Below are positions 15,145 through 34,438 of a DNA stretch of 64,000 nucleotides, in pieces. Under the pieces are notes generated by a model. It worked only from the letters and a program-made list of their open reading frames with translations. It had not been told where the DNA came from and made no database searches. Made by a program: the position numbers and the translations under genes. Source of the stretch: the human T2T-CHM13v2.0 reference genome, Homo sapiens. Numbering within the stretch: position 1 is the first letter of the stretch; every line of letters starts with the position of its first letter. The stretch is from the NCBI RefSeq assembly GCF_009914755.1, contig NC_060931.1; one strand, given 5' to 3'.

Positions 15145-15433
15145 TCACAGGGTCTTGTAATGCAGTGCACAGGCTGTAGAGCAGTGGTGCGACCTTGACT
15201 CACTGCAGCCTCCAACTCCTGGGCTCCAATGAACCTCCCATCTCAGCCTCCTAAGTAGCTGGGACTACAGGCACCTGCCACCACGCCCAGCTAATTTTTT
15301 TTTTTTTTCTTTTGGTAGAGACAGGGTCTTGCTCTATTGCTCAGGCTGGTCATGAACTCCTGGCCTCAAGCAATCCTCCTGTATTGGCCTCCCAGAGTGC
15401 TGGGATTACAGGCATGAACTACTGCACCTGGCC
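15058..15433 (-). mobile_element. AluJ with (TTTC)n tail
   Basis: Alu reverse complement with microsatellite tail. Confidence 0.92.
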
Positions 15434-15439
15434 TTCACT

Positions 15440-15576
15440 TGTTTCTTTATTGTATGTCTTCCCCCGTAGAAAATCTCCTCCCTGTGAGCAGAAACTGGGC
15501 TCATCCTATTCCCTGCTGCATCTGCAGCACCCAGAACAGTGCTCAGTGCATAGTAGGTGCTCAATAAATATTTGTG
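15440..15576 (+). mobile_element. L2 3' end
   Basis: cagaacagtgc...catagtaggtgctcaataaatatttg. Confidence 0.75.
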
Positions 15577-15724
15577 GGTTGGGGTGGGAGGGCAAGAACA
15601 TCTGCCCCAGAAGCCTTTTTTTTTTTTTTTTTGTCCAGGCTAAATACCCCCCAGTTCCTTCATTTTCCCTCTTAGGTCAGGAGGCTGAGCTCCAGGTTGG
15701 CCCCATGCAGCTCTCTGAGCTTAG

Positions 15725-16215
<491 letters not shown>

Positions 16216-16577
16216 TAAAGTCATTTTCCCCAGGGCAGCACCCTCTGAAGAGTGATGAAGGCAGCATTTGAACCCAGGCCCCAGTGCTTTTGAAGCAAGC
16301 AGCCTGAGTCACTCTTCCAGAAGGTGAGAGCTTTTTATAACCATAGAGTGTTGTGAAGTGAGAATGATCACACACCTTAGCCATCTGGCTTCAAAAATCC
16401 CAAGTGGCAAAAATCAGGCCCAGTGATAAAAGAAAGATCAACTCTTCTCCTTGTGAGCTGAGATCCAAATAATTCCTCAATCAATATTTTGGACTTGAAA
16501 CTTCTTCTTCAGTTTTTGCCAAAAAAGAGACCCTGTTCCCAGTGCCTCATTCACTCTAAGAACAGGTCTCAGTGCTA

Positions 16578-16993
<416 letters not shown>

Positions 16994-17099
16994 GTTCAAT
17001 AACCCAGTCACCTTGCTAGGGAGTGTTGGAGTCAGGAACTGAACCTCTGACCTTAGAATCCTGCCCTTTCTACTGTAATTCCACAGTGCCTATATCAGT

Positions 17100-17265
17100 T
17101 GTAATTAACATCACTAACATTTAATAAGCACTTACTATGTGCGGGACCGTGTGCTTTGCACTTATAGGTATTAACTCATTTGATCCCAGTTACAACCCTA
17201 GGAGGCAAATACTCTTTTTATTACCATTGTAAAGATGAGGAAATTAAGGTCCAGATGGGTAAGGA
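17100..17265 (-). mobile_element. MIR
   Basis: taacatttaataagcacttactatgtg...aaagatgaggaaattaagg. Confidence 0.8.
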
Positions 17266-17267
17266 AC

Positions 17268-18140
<873 letters not shown>

Positions 18141-18316
18141 TTGATGTGGGAATTCATGCAACGTCGCTGGGAATTTGAAACCTGGGTGAGCTCATCTCGG
18201 AGCCCTCACCCTGAGCTGCTATAGGATGAGATTTCCTCTCTGCAGCAAAATACTTGCTAATGCAACATGAGAAGAACGTAGAGGGAAGTCACAGAGAATA
18301 TCAACATACAAAGAGG

Positions 18317-18980
<664 letters not shown>

Positions 18981-20024
18981 CAGAGATGAGGCTGGGATAC
19001 AGGCTGCAGGTGGGACCAGGGTGGAAGCCAGAAGGGCTGTTTCAGCTTTCTCCAGCCAGATGAAGTGTCCCTGAGAGGGCTGTCATGAGCTGGCACCCGT
19101 GTTGATTACATTATTATTTCAATCTGGGAGAAAATCAGCAATACTTAATGGAAACTTGAACTCCCCCATCCAAAAGGGCCCAGATTGGATCAAATGGTCC
19201 CTGTTGCATGGCTGGGCTGCATCTCAATTGTGTTCTGATGTGGAGCATCCCGTTCGAACATCCGCATGATTTGGGATGGGCAGCTGGACGGGGAAGCACA
19301 GCCAGGATAAACAGCAACATCTGCTGGAAACTCCCAGGAGAAAAGCTCTCCTTTTGTTGCATATTAAGTCATTAAAACAGCAAGAAAAGGAAAGAGGACT
19401 TTAATTTCCCACCATATGTGGACAATATTTTAATGCCAAGGTACCCGGGGAGACGGGTCCTGCCTTCGGCTGGCAGGCCTGGGAGGAGGGCCAGGCATGG
19501 AAGATTTGCCACGCACCTGAGCCAAGGATTTCCCTGCAGAGAGGATTTCAGGAGCCTGGGCTGGGTCTGCTCAACTCTGTCTTCCTGGTTTTCCTTTGCC
19601 TCCCCAGGACTAAGTCTCACTTAGAGCCCTGGGGATGCTACTGGGGTTTCAGACTCATGCCTACACTATTGTGTGAGACCCCCTTCGAGGCCGTGGTCAT
19701 TTCTCTGAACCTGCCGCCAAGCCCCTGGGCCACTGAGATAGGAATTCCCCAGCAGTCCAGCCTGGTGTCAGGCTGACTGGATGCTGCCCTGTATCTGCCT
19801 GGACCCCCACGAGCTGTCTGCTGGAAGGAGAGTAGGCTGGATCTGGAAGCCCCCACTCCAGTCTCCAAAATGGCCCATGTGACTTTGGTTGAGAGACTTG
19901 GCATCCCTGGGTCTTGGCATCCTCATCTGTAGAATGGAGAAGGTGGAGTGTGCTACTGGGTGTCATGAGATTGAAAGAAATACTGACACCTGCTCGTGCT
20001 GGGCGCTTCCACTGCTGGGTGGCA

Positions 20025-20177
<153 letters not shown>

Positions 20178-20184
20178 ATATATG

Positions 20185-20492
20185 GGCTGGGTGAGGTGCC
20201 TCACACCTGTGATTCCAGCACCTTGGGAGACCAAGGCAGGCAGATCACCTGAGGTTGGGAGTTCAAGACCAGCCTGACCAACATGGAGAAACCCCCGTCT
20301 CTACTAAAAATATAAAATTAGCCGGGCATTGTGGTACATGCCTGTAATCCCAGCTACTCGGGAGGCTTAGGCAGGAGAATCACTTGAACAAGGAGGCAGA
20401 GGTTGCGGTGAGCCAAGATGGCGCCACTGAACTCTAGCCTGGGCAACAAGAGCGAAACTCCATCTCAAAAAAAAATAAAAATAAAAATAAAC
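20185..20492 (+). mobile_element. AluS (Sp/Sq-like)
   Basis: Full Alu, catggagaaaccc. Confidence 0.93.
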
Positions 20493-21080
20493 AGAGATGA
20501 GATCACGATAAAGGCTGGTACAGTCTCTCATCTTCTGATTAGTAATCAATGATGTCCTTTCTTCCCTTCAGTGCTCATCTGGAGATCATGGTTGGGAAGA
20601 GGAGGCAGGAGCGTCGTCTGAGCTGGCTCATGAGGGGAGTTTCAGCGTGTCGTGTGGCCCCTTGTTACAGGGCCTTTTGCCAAGGCTGCTCTTGGAGCCT
20701 GCCAATAGCATCATGAAGACTCTGCACTCCTCGCAGTGACGATGCTACAAACCCAGAAGGAGCAACTGCCTCATCTCTGTTTCTCAGTGTAGAGAGTAAA
20801 TTGCACAATGAGCCCTTGCCTCTGTCATCTGCCTTCCCCTAGCTCCTTGACCCAGACAACACAGCCCTGTTCCTCCATCTCCCAGGAATAGGAATTCCAT
20901 CTCTGCCCTGAGCTGGACACCAGAATCTGCCCACTGGGTTTGGATACCCACAAGAGCCTCCCTGGACAATGCTCTTCACTGGCCGGGCTGGCCGTTGGCA
21001 GCAGCTGTTTGTGTCTTGGGCATCAGCCCCTATTGTAGCTGCCGTCTTTTGTGTGCCTAGGAGGGCCCTATTGAGAGGCT

Positions 21081-21378
21081 TATTATTATTATTATTATTA
21101 TTATTCTTTAGAGACAGTGCCTCATTCTGTCACCCAGGCTGGAGTGCAGTGGCACATTCTTGGCTCACTGCAGCCTTGAATTCCTGGGCTTAAGCAGTCC
21201 TCCTGCCTTAGCCTCCCCAGTAGCTAGGACTACAGGCACATGCTACCATGCCTGGCTAATTTTTGAATTATTTTTTGTAGAGACAGAGACTCACTGTGTT
21301 ACCCAGGCTGGCCTCAAACCCCCAGTCTCAAGAAATTCTCCCAAGTCAGCCTTTCAAAGTGCTGGGATTACAGACGTG
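21081..21378 (-). mobile_element. AluJ with (TTA)n tail
   Basis: Alu reverse complement. Confidence 0.92.
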
Positions 21379-22596
21379 AATCTTGGGAGGCTTAGAACCA
21401 ACATTTCTCTTTCAACATGTCCTCAACCCTCCCTCTTGGGAAAAGAAGGTCATCTTGTCCCACCTTTAGTCTAAGCAAAAGGCTTAGAGCAAAGTTTCAT
21501 TCTCAATTGTAGCAGCTACCCAGTCCTGATTGTGGATCTTGATTATGAGTTTATTGAGTAGTTGATCTGAAAGAGCATATTAGTCAGGTTAAGCTATGCT
21601 CTGCTGCAGTAACAAACAATGCCCAAGTCTCATGACTTTCACTCAGTTGATGTCTATTTCGTGTTCATGCAAATTCTGTTGCTGGTCTGGGTGACTATTC
21701 AGGACAATCCTCTAGGTGTTTTCCCAACAATCCACCCATCTGTGCCTGATTCAAGGGAAGAAGGAGGTGCAATGATCCCTGGATCCAGAGAGAAGATGGT
21801 GGGGATGGTGGGGAGTAGTCCTGATGCCTCCCACAGCTGAAAATCACAATAATAGTCACAGCACACTCATGGTGGCTGCTGACATCCTGGTGCTGTACTG
21901 AGCATGGCACATGTTAAGTCATTCAACTCTCACAGCAATCTTATAAGGCAGACATTCTTTTCATACGCATTTTATAGAAGAGGAAACTGAGACTCAGAGA
22001 AATGAAGTGATTTGCCTGAGGTCTGCACCACCATCCCTCCAGTGCTACCTCCAGGAGAACCTCATTGATGGGGATACAGGGAACAGCCCCCAAGCCTCTT
22101 GGCGTCCTCCAGAGTTTGCTGGGACTGCACTGTGGCATTCTCTTTGCTGAGTAATGTGCCTGATTTTCCTGTAGTCTGTTGGGACCAGATAGGCCAGAGA
22201 GTATGGTACTGCCTTAGTTTCCCCAAAGTGGCAGAGGGACAGGGATGAAGGCAGTCGACCAGCACACAGACTAAAATCAGGACAAGATTTGTGGCGTGAC
22301 TGTGCTCCAAGCAGGAGCCCCCAGTTCTGTGGGAAGTAGCTACTCATGGGGGAATCTCAAAGTCTTTGAAACAAAAGTGACGATTTTGGCCCACTGAGGA
22401 AATGCTTGCTGCCACCCTTGAAACTCTCTGGACACTCCAGTGGTGTTTGTGGGTACGAATCCTTGGCTTTTGACAAATCAAGGTTCATTCTAATGCTGTT
22501 TCCCAAGGCCCGGCCCAAAGCACCCTGATCAATGGGCAGCCCCCAAATTGTGCCAACACCATGGACTTTGGAGGTCAGGTCTCAGTTACGATGGCT

Positions 22597-23330
<734 letters not shown>

Positions 23331-23720
23331 ATGGTATTTGCCTGTGAGAAACAAAAAACCCAATGAATGTTATATTAAATAAGTTTATTTGCCTCATGCA
23401 ATAATGACCAGGGGGAAGAGAATACATTGATGTCATCAAAACCCAGATTACTTCTACCTCCTTTCTCTGCCATCCTTGGCATGTGGAACTGATTGCCTCA
23501 TGGCCACAGAATAGTTGCTATGCCTCCAGACATCATATCTGTATTCCAGGCAGAATAAAGGAAGAAATCTGATTGGCTGAATCTGTTCCAAAGCCTCTGC
23601 CTTTTTGGCTTACATCTTCATGGCCCAAACTGTTCAGTTGGCCACATCTAGCTGCAAGGAAGTCTGGCAAGTTAAGGTTTCTATCATGTCTAGAAGAGGA
23701 AGGTAAGGAAAAGGGAGCTG
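23331..23720 (-). mobile_element. Old MLT1 (K/J-like) fragment
   Basis: ggccacatctagctgcaaggaagtctgg motif. Confidence 0.55.
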
Positions 23721-25674
23721 GAAATGGCACTGGGCATCCAATCCTTGCCGTCTGCCAGAGACAGGCAGATTTGGCAATACCACTTAGAACATGACTTTGC
23801 ACACTTTATTTATTAGAACTTCAGTTTATTCAGTTGGAAAATGAGGGCAATAACAGTATCTCCCTCCCAGGGTTGCAGTGCCTAGAATACAGTAAGTGTT
23901 TAATAAATGGTAAATCTCATTGTAATTATTATAATAGGGAAACAATATTTACATAAAAAGGCTAGCACAGCCCCAGTTAATGTCGTTCTGGAAAATTACT
24001 GAACTATCCCAAATTATACAGTAATATATCCCAAAATATATTCTACCATCCCTGCGGAGGTAGCTTAAAGTTTTACTTCAAGAGTCCTGAGGCTGAAGAG
24101 GGTGGAAATTGCTAACCTGTTTTCTTTGGAGCCAGTCAGAAGAGCCCATCAGGCGGAATAAACCGAGAAGGAGGGAGGTCGACCAGGAAGCTTACAGGAC
24201 CACAGTCAGGGCCCTGCTCTGCCCATGTGAGGTTGTGATTCTGCGGAGACAAGCGAGGATGGAGACTTCCCAGAACTGGAATGACTCAGATTTTCACCTG
24301 CTGCCCTCTCCCTGGTGGAGCTGGCACCCTCTCCCCACCCCACCCACTTCTGTGATGCATTGTTTTGGCTGTTAAGCATACAGAAAGCGGATGGAAGCTG
24401 GAGGCTGGAGGCCGGGGCTCCGAGGTGAATATGCAGATGTTGAGAGCTGGGACCAGCACTTGAGCTGGCTTCACCTTGGAACTGGGGGCTGCAGCAGGAG
24501 ATGCCCCAGTTCCTGGTGTCCCATGGGGATGAAAACTGGGAAGGTCAAGCAGACAGATTTCTGCAGAAAGGAGGTTCCAGCCCTTGTTTAACCAGCCCAG
24601 GTGCCTCTGAGAGCCTCCAAGGGTCGTGGTCCACAAGGAGGAGAGTGGACAAGATCCCCATGGGGACCCCCCATGGCTGTTCTGCTTGGGGCTGGTCTCC
24701 AACGAGCCCTATCAGTCCCGGGCTTTGGGGAGGTCACGTGGGCATGTCCCAGGGCCCTGTGCAGGCGCAGCTCAGCCCTTGGGTCCCGAGTGGGTCATTT
24801 GAGCTGATACAATGTCTGGGGAAGCACAGGTATCCCAGAAATGGGTGGGAGATGCTGGATGCCACTCCACACGCTGCACACGGATGGTATGGAGCTGGCT
24901 TGACCGGGCTTGGCTGGTGTCACTCTGCTTAGTGTCATGAGTGTCCATCTGTCCTGTGACCTCCTGGGGCTGCCTGTCTCCTTCCCAGTACTTCAGCAGC
25001 AGGGAAGCCTAGGAGAGACTCAAGAGGACATCCTACCTGGTGAAGCCATTCATACATATTGAGCATACATAATGCACCGACTGCATGCACTGCCCTGGGC
25101 CAGACCAGTGTTAGAGACAGCCCTGGTCAAGTGCTGAATGCAGCTCTTGATTTTGCTTTGAAGTCTGCTGATTTCTCCCCTCTAGGATGATTTTTTTTAA
25201 AGAGATAACTCAGAGTTCGTCAATTGGAAAGAGACACGAAGGAAAAATTAAATTTGGAGTATCGGTGTCCTAAATGGTCAATCCAAGTTGACACCAAGCA
25301 GCTGGCCCTCTAGGGAAATCAGCCTCCCCTAAGGGGGTTGGATTTGGGGAGGAAATTGGAGGACTACTGCCTGGCACACAGGTGTCCTCTTCTGAGGCGT
25401 CTGGGCTAAGCTGGGCCGGGGAATAATTGTCCATCAGCCCACCCCTCCTCCTAGCAGGTCCCTGACTTGACCCATTGGTTTAAGCTTCTCATTAACCTCC
25501 AAGATCGTTCCTGTCTTGGGGCCTTTGCACCTACTGTCTCATCTCCTTGGGCAGAAATGCTCTTTTCCCAATTCTGTGGCCAGAGCCCCTCCTTTCTCAC
25601 TCTGCAGGGGTCACCTCTTAAGGCAGAGTAGCCACCCAGTCACTCTTCACCCTCTGCGCCTTTCTCATAGTTTT

Positions 25675-25987
25675 TTTCTTTTTTAGAATTTTATTTTAGA
25701 GACAGGGTCTCACTCTGTAGCCCAGACCGGAGCACCATGGTGCCATCATAGCTCACTGCAGCCTCGAACTACACATTTCTGGGCTCAAGCAATCCTCCTG
25801 CCTCAGCCTCTCGAGTAGCTGTGACTACAGGCGCAGCCCCCACACCTGGCTAATTTATTTAATTTTTATACTGAGGAGGGTCTTGCTATGTTGCCCAGGC
25901 TGGACTCGAACTCCTAGCCTCATGTGATCCTCCCATCTCAGTCTCTCAAATTGCTAGGATTATAGGCATGAGCCACTGTGCCTGGCC
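25675..25987 (-). mobile_element. AluJ
   Basis: Alu reverse complement. Confidence 0.92.
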
Positions 25988-26002
25988 CCATGGTTTTATT
26001 CC

Positions 26003-26376
26003 TTTTTTTTTTTTAATTTCATTTTACTTTCAGTTCTGGGATACATGAGCAGAATGTGCAGGTTTGTTACATAGGTATACACGTGCCATGGTGGTTTGCT
26101 GCACCTATCAACCTGTCATCTAGGTTTTAAGCCCGGCATGCATGACACATTTGTCCCAGTGCTCTCCCTCCCCTTGCCCCCCATCCTCCAACAGGCTGTG
26201 GTGGGTGATGTTCCCCTCCCTGTGTCCATGTGTTCTCATTGTTCAACTCCTACTTATGAGTGAGAACATGCGGTGTTTGGTTTTCTGTTCCTGTGTTAGT
26301 TTGCTGAGAATGATGGCTTCCAGCTTCGCCCATGTCCCTGCAAAGGACACGAACTCATTCTTTTTTATGGCTGCAG
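26003..26376 (-). mobile_element. 5'-truncated L1PA (PA7/8-like) 3' end
   Basis: agttctgggatacatg...catgtccctgcaaaggacacgaactcattcttttttatggctgca. Confidence 0.93.
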
Positions 26377-26519
26377 GCTTTATTCTTTACCAGCACTTAT
26401 CTTGACATGGTCTCATAACATCCTTCTCCTCCCACTAGGGGATAAGCCCTGTAGCCCCAGTACGTAGAAAAGATCATAGTGCATAGTAGGTCCTCAGTAA
26501 ATATTATTAGGATGGATGA

Positions 26520-27209
<690 letters not shown>

Positions 27210-27245
27210 TCAAAACATCCTCGCCATCCTTGCTACGTGGACGTT

Positions 27246-27547
27246 TCTTTGTTGTTGTTGTTTTTAGACAGAGTCTTACTCTGTCACCCAGGCTGGAGTG
27301 CAGTGGCACAATCTCGGCTCAACGGCAACCTCCACATCCCGGATTCGAGTGATTCTCCTGCCCCAGCCTCCTGAGTAGCTGGAGCTACAAGTGCCCAACA
27401 CCATGCCTGGTTGATTTTTGTATTTTTAGTAGAGATGGGGTTTCACCACATTGGCCAGGCTAGTCTTGAACTCCTGACTTTAGGTGATCCACCCACCTCA
27501 GCCTCCCAAAATGCTGGGATTACAGGCGTGAGCCACTGTGCCTGGCC
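27246..27547 (-). mobile_element. AluS
   Basis: Full Alu; TSD gacgtttct/gacatttct. Confidence 0.93.
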
Positions 27548-28105
27548 AGACATTTCTGATATTACAAACTGGCCCTTGTACTGAATAAGACTGGGACCTC
27601 CACATTGAATCACACTGGGACCCTTGGGCCAACACAGGCTATTGGCCCAGGGCGACAGTGATGTGTGCAGTGATGACAGTGGGCACTGCCAGGTCAGGAA
27701 GACTACTGGGGGGCGGGAGTGGGTATTCTAGTGCCAGACCCTCTTACATGCGATATCTGTGCCTTCCAGAAGAGCTGAGACTATAACTGTAGATTTTGGT
27801 ATCTGATCTGGCAACTGATGTTTTTTCTGAAAATGATGTCACCGTGACCTTCCTGGATGTCTGCATCAGCTGTCCCTGCTGTCAAGATTTCTCCCTGGGC
27901 CTGGGCTGTTGAGCTCCCTGCCTGTGATTTGTGGAACTGCTGGCATTGCAGAGGGAAGAAGGGGAGCAGGGCAGCAGGTCTGCCATGTATAGTTGTGCAG
28001 TTTGCAGACTTGAGGTCCTAGGGAGGCTCCGTGCACATGGCGGGTTTCTTCAGACCATCCTTGCATTCCTGCTATTTTCATGCTTGTATTCTTGCTTGCT
28101 GTCTC

Positions 28106-29490
<1,385 letters not shown>

Positions 29491-29594
29491 TGTCTATCTC
29501 CCCTACAGGTCTGAGCCCTTAAACACTGAGATGTCATTGCCCCTGCATCCAGTGCCTAGCTGAGGCCAGGCCATCAACATGATTGCTAGTACCA

Positions 29595-30130
29595 TTGCAT
29601 AAGCCACACATGTGGTCTAAATTCTCCAGCAACCACATCAAGCCCATGTATGCCTAGTGTTCCATTATTGGAACGCTAAGAATGCGGGGGTTGTTTATAT
29701 CCTACCGCTCAATGTCATCACAAAGGTCTGATTGCAAAAATTCAAAACATTGCAACCTCAGACATAAATGGGTTAAAACAGGAAAATGAAACAGATGAAG
29801 TACATTTTAAGAATATATTCCATTTTAACCCAACGTACCCAAAATGTTTATCATCCCGACATATAATCAATATAAGAATTACGAAGGAAATATTTTACAT
29901 TTTTGGTACTCAGTCTTAGAAATCTGGTGTGTATTTTACACTCACTGCGTATCTCCATTCACACCCTAAATTTTCCTCAGAAATACTTGATCCGTATTTA
30001 GACTTCTTTAAAAATTTGCAGTTGAAAAAAAAGCAGATTCTAACGTCTAAGTGGTTCCAAACATCTTGACGCGTTTTCTGATAACTCCCTCTGGCATCCA
30101 TTCTTAAAATTCAAATGAATTGATAACAAA
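29595..30130 (+). mobile_element. Charlie5/MER33-type hAT DNA transposon fragment
   Basis: gaaatctggtgtgtattttacactca; cagaaatacttgatccgtatttaga. Confidence 0.75.
29643..29772 (+). mobile_element. MER85 (PGBD3/piggyBac MITE)
   Basis: TIRs cccatgtatgcct / agacataaatggg, 3' TTAA, palindrome gttccattattggaac, ggtctgattgcaaaaattc. Confidence 0.93.
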
Positions 30131-30139
30131 CACAATTTA

Positions 30140-30280
30140 TAAAAGAAAAGTTCAGCTCCTCAGTCATGCAAGCCACTTAAAATTCCAAATGCTTTATAGC
30201 CACATGGGGCTGGTGACCATTGTATTGGGCAACACGTAGAGAACATTTTCAGAGCTCTAGAAAGTTCTGTGGGGCAGAGC
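30140..30280 (-). mobile_element. MER3-like hAT fragment
   Basis: agttcagctcctcagtc...agccacatggggctggtgacc...agaaagttct. Confidence 0.65.
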
Positions 30281-30533
30281 AAAGCCAGGCCCTCGTGTCC
30301 TTTGGCCAAGGGTATGCCTTATCCATCCAGGTACTTAGGCCTTCAGCTCATCCCTGAGGGGTTTGTGGTCAGTGCTGTCCCTCTAGGCGACCCCAAAATC
30401 CTCCCCACTGAAACCAGTAATACTTTTACTACTAGTAATACTTTTACTTTTACAAAAGCCAAACACAATTCTGTCAAACATACGAGTGACACAACTTAGA
30501 GCCCGCCCAGCTCAGAATGAAAAGGTAGATTTT

Positions 30534-31240
<707 letters not shown>

Positions 31241-31339
31241 TTCATGAAACTCCTGGGAGACAAAGGGTTTCCAGAACACGTGGAAAAATGAAGTCTGAAG
31301 TGGACACATCTTTAAGCACTTCCTGGATGGGGCCCATCT

Positions 31340-31940
31340 GGTCACTTTCGGTGCCACTGGAGAGTGGTGAGTGAGGCTGCCAGATGAGTACGTCGCTGTG
31401 AGTTCATTAGCAGACCAGATCTTATGTCGGCTGAAGGCTGCTGCTTTAATTTTATTTGTTGCTGTTTCAGGGTTTTGGTCTGCTTATGCAATCTCCCATC
31501 AATGCCCCCCAAATAAACAATCCGTCCCCAAAGTGGCACATTTGCTGGTATTCCTCAGATTAAAATCCCTAAACTAGGTATTTAATTTGGATTTGGCGTG
31601 GCCACTATCGGCCTCAGATAGCGTCAGAATCAAAATAAAATTTGGAACTCTTATGAGACAACCAGCAACTTTCTCTGACGCCGGACTTCTCTCACGCTGG
31701 TCTTTCTTGCTTCTAACGATGGGTCTGGAGGCAATCGTCAGTGATATTTTTGTGGCTGAGGCTGGTTTCTGGCCGAGTCTGCCTAATTACGTGTTGGAGT
31801 GCATGTCACACCTGCTTCCTGAGCTCGCAGAACACAGGAATGCGCTATGTAATATTTATGGTTCCTGTTAAAACCCACAGAATAATTTACGACGCTTGGC
31901 ACTGGGCTGTTGTCTTCGACAGAGGCTCCCTGCCTTGGTA
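31340..31940. promoter_or_regulatory. Repeat-free, CpG-retaining candidate conserved enhancer
   Basis: TTTACGA, TTTATGG, TAATTAC, TTATGCAAT and AAATAAACA motifs in unique sequence. Confidence 0.4.
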
Positions 31941-32113
31941 GAAATGCCCCTTCCCCTCCACGCCTAGGTCAGGACCAGTACAGAGGAGACTCAGCCGACC
32001 CTGCCCTGAGATGGCCCTCCCAGTTAGAGAAGTGGGGAGGGGCTCCCCTGGCTAGCGCCTAGCCTGGGAATTTGGGTTAGAGGTGAGATGAAAATCCCAT
32101 TTAAAGAGGTTCA

Positions 32114-32431
32114 GGCTGGGAGCAGTGGCTCACGCCTGTAATTCCAGCACTTTGGGAGGCCGAGGCAGGAGGATCGCCGGAGGTCAGGAGTTCCAAACCA
32201 GCCTGGCCAATATGGCAAAACTCTGTCTCTACTAAAAATACAGAAATTAACCACCATGGTGGCACGCACCTGTAGTCCCAGCTACTCAGGTGGCTGAGGC
32301 ACGAAAATCGCTTGAACCCGGGAGGTGGAAGTTGCAGTGAGCCAGGATTGCACCACTGGGTGCCTCCTGGGTTCCAGCCTGGGTGACAGAGCAAGACTGT
32401 GTCTGAAAAAAAAAAAAAAAAAAAAAAAAAA
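32114..32431 (+). mobile_element. AluS
   Basis: Full Alu with a long poly-A and a short internal insertion. Confidence 0.94.
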
Positions 32432-32446
32432 GATGCTCAGAAATGG

Positions 32447-32790
32447 GTCAAGTGTGGTAGCTCATGGCCTATAATCTTAGTGCTTGAGAGGCCAAGGTAG
32501 GAGCATCCCTTGAGAACAGGAGTTTGAGACCAGCCTGGACAACACAAGGAGACCCCATCTCTACAGAAGAAAATTTTTAAAATTAGCTAGGCATGCTGGC
32601 ATGCACCTGTAGTCCCAGCTATTTGGAAGGCTGAGGCAGGGGCATCACTTGAGCCCAGGAGTTTGAGGTGACAGTGAGCTATGGATCATGCCGCTGCACT
32701 CCAGCCTGGGTGACAGGATGAGATCCTGTCTCTACTAAATAAACAAATAAAAAAAAAGCTAAAAAATTTTTAAAAAAATATAAAAAATAA
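32447..32790 (+). mobile_element. AluJ
   Basis: Full Alu. Confidence 0.92.
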
Positions 32791-33017
32791 ATATGTCTTT
32801 TCACGCAGCCATGCATTCTTTCATTCTGCATCCTCACCATGGTCCTGTCTCCAGCTTTATTCTGGACAGAAAGCTCTTGGAAGTGGGGCTGGAGGGGAAG
32901 AGTGATGAAGACAGTTAGGGGTGGGAGAGGGGAAAAGAGGGGACCCCAAGAGACCCAAGTTTCTGCTTATACTCCTCCCTCTCTCCTTCCTTCCCTTCTT
33001 TTCTGGGCTTTCTCCCG

Positions 33018-33324
33018 AAATTCACGTTGAAACCTAACCCCAATGTGAAGGTATTTGAAGGTGGGGCCTTTGGGAGATGATTAGGTCATGAGGGGTTCAT
33101 GTCCTTATAAAAGGGACCACAAAGAGCTCTCTTCCTCCCTCCTCCATGTAAGGACACAGCAAGAAGATGCCATCTATGAACCAGAAAGCAGATTCTCGCC
33201 AGACTTGGAATTTGCCAGCACCTTGACCTTGGACTCCCCAGCCTCCAGAACTGTGAGCAATAAATTTCTGTTGTCAATAAGCCACCAGTCTAAGATGTCC
33301 CGTTAAAGCAGCCTGAAGAGACTG
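33018..33324 (+). mobile_element. MLT1A-like MaLR LTR
   Basis: aattcacgttgaaacctaaccccaatgtga...aataaatttctgttg...ataagccacc. Confidence 0.85.
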
Positions 33325-33327
33325 AGG

Positions 33328-33598
33328 TCCTTCCTTCCTTTCTTCCCTTCTTCCTTCCATCCTTCCTTCCTTCCTCCCTCCCTCTCTCCCTCCCTTCCTT
33401 ACTTCCCTCCTTCCTTCTTTCCTTCCTCCCTCCCTCCCTTCCTCCTTACTTTCCTTCCTTCCTCCCCTCCTTCCTTCCTTCCTTCCTTCCTTCTTCCCTC
33501 CCTCCCTCCCTTCCTCTCTTCCTTCTTTCTTTTCTCTCTTTCTTCCTTCCTTCTATCCTTCCTCTCTCTCTCCCTCCCTTCATTCCTTCCTTCCTTCC
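33328..33598. repeat. (TTCC/TCCC)n polypyrimidine microsatellite
   Basis: Directly visible. Confidence 0.95.
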
Positions 33599-33834
33599 AA
33601 TAATATTTGATAAGCACCTACTGCATATCAGACACTAAAAATACACCAAATAACAATAAGAATAATAAACCCAAGTCCCTGCCCTTGGGACATGTTTTGC
33701 CCGGAGGAAGACAGAAACATTCCCTACAGAATTCCACAATGTGTAAATTCACAACTGCTAACTACCATGGAAGAGCACATACATTCTCTTCTCAGTTTCT
33801 TTCTTTCGTTTTTAAATCGTATTAACTAATTAAT

Positions 33835-34438
<604 letters not shown>

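Noticed and set aside
30412-30452. 18-bp tandem duplication (agtaatacttttact)
   Set aside because: Ordinary slippage event with no further structure.
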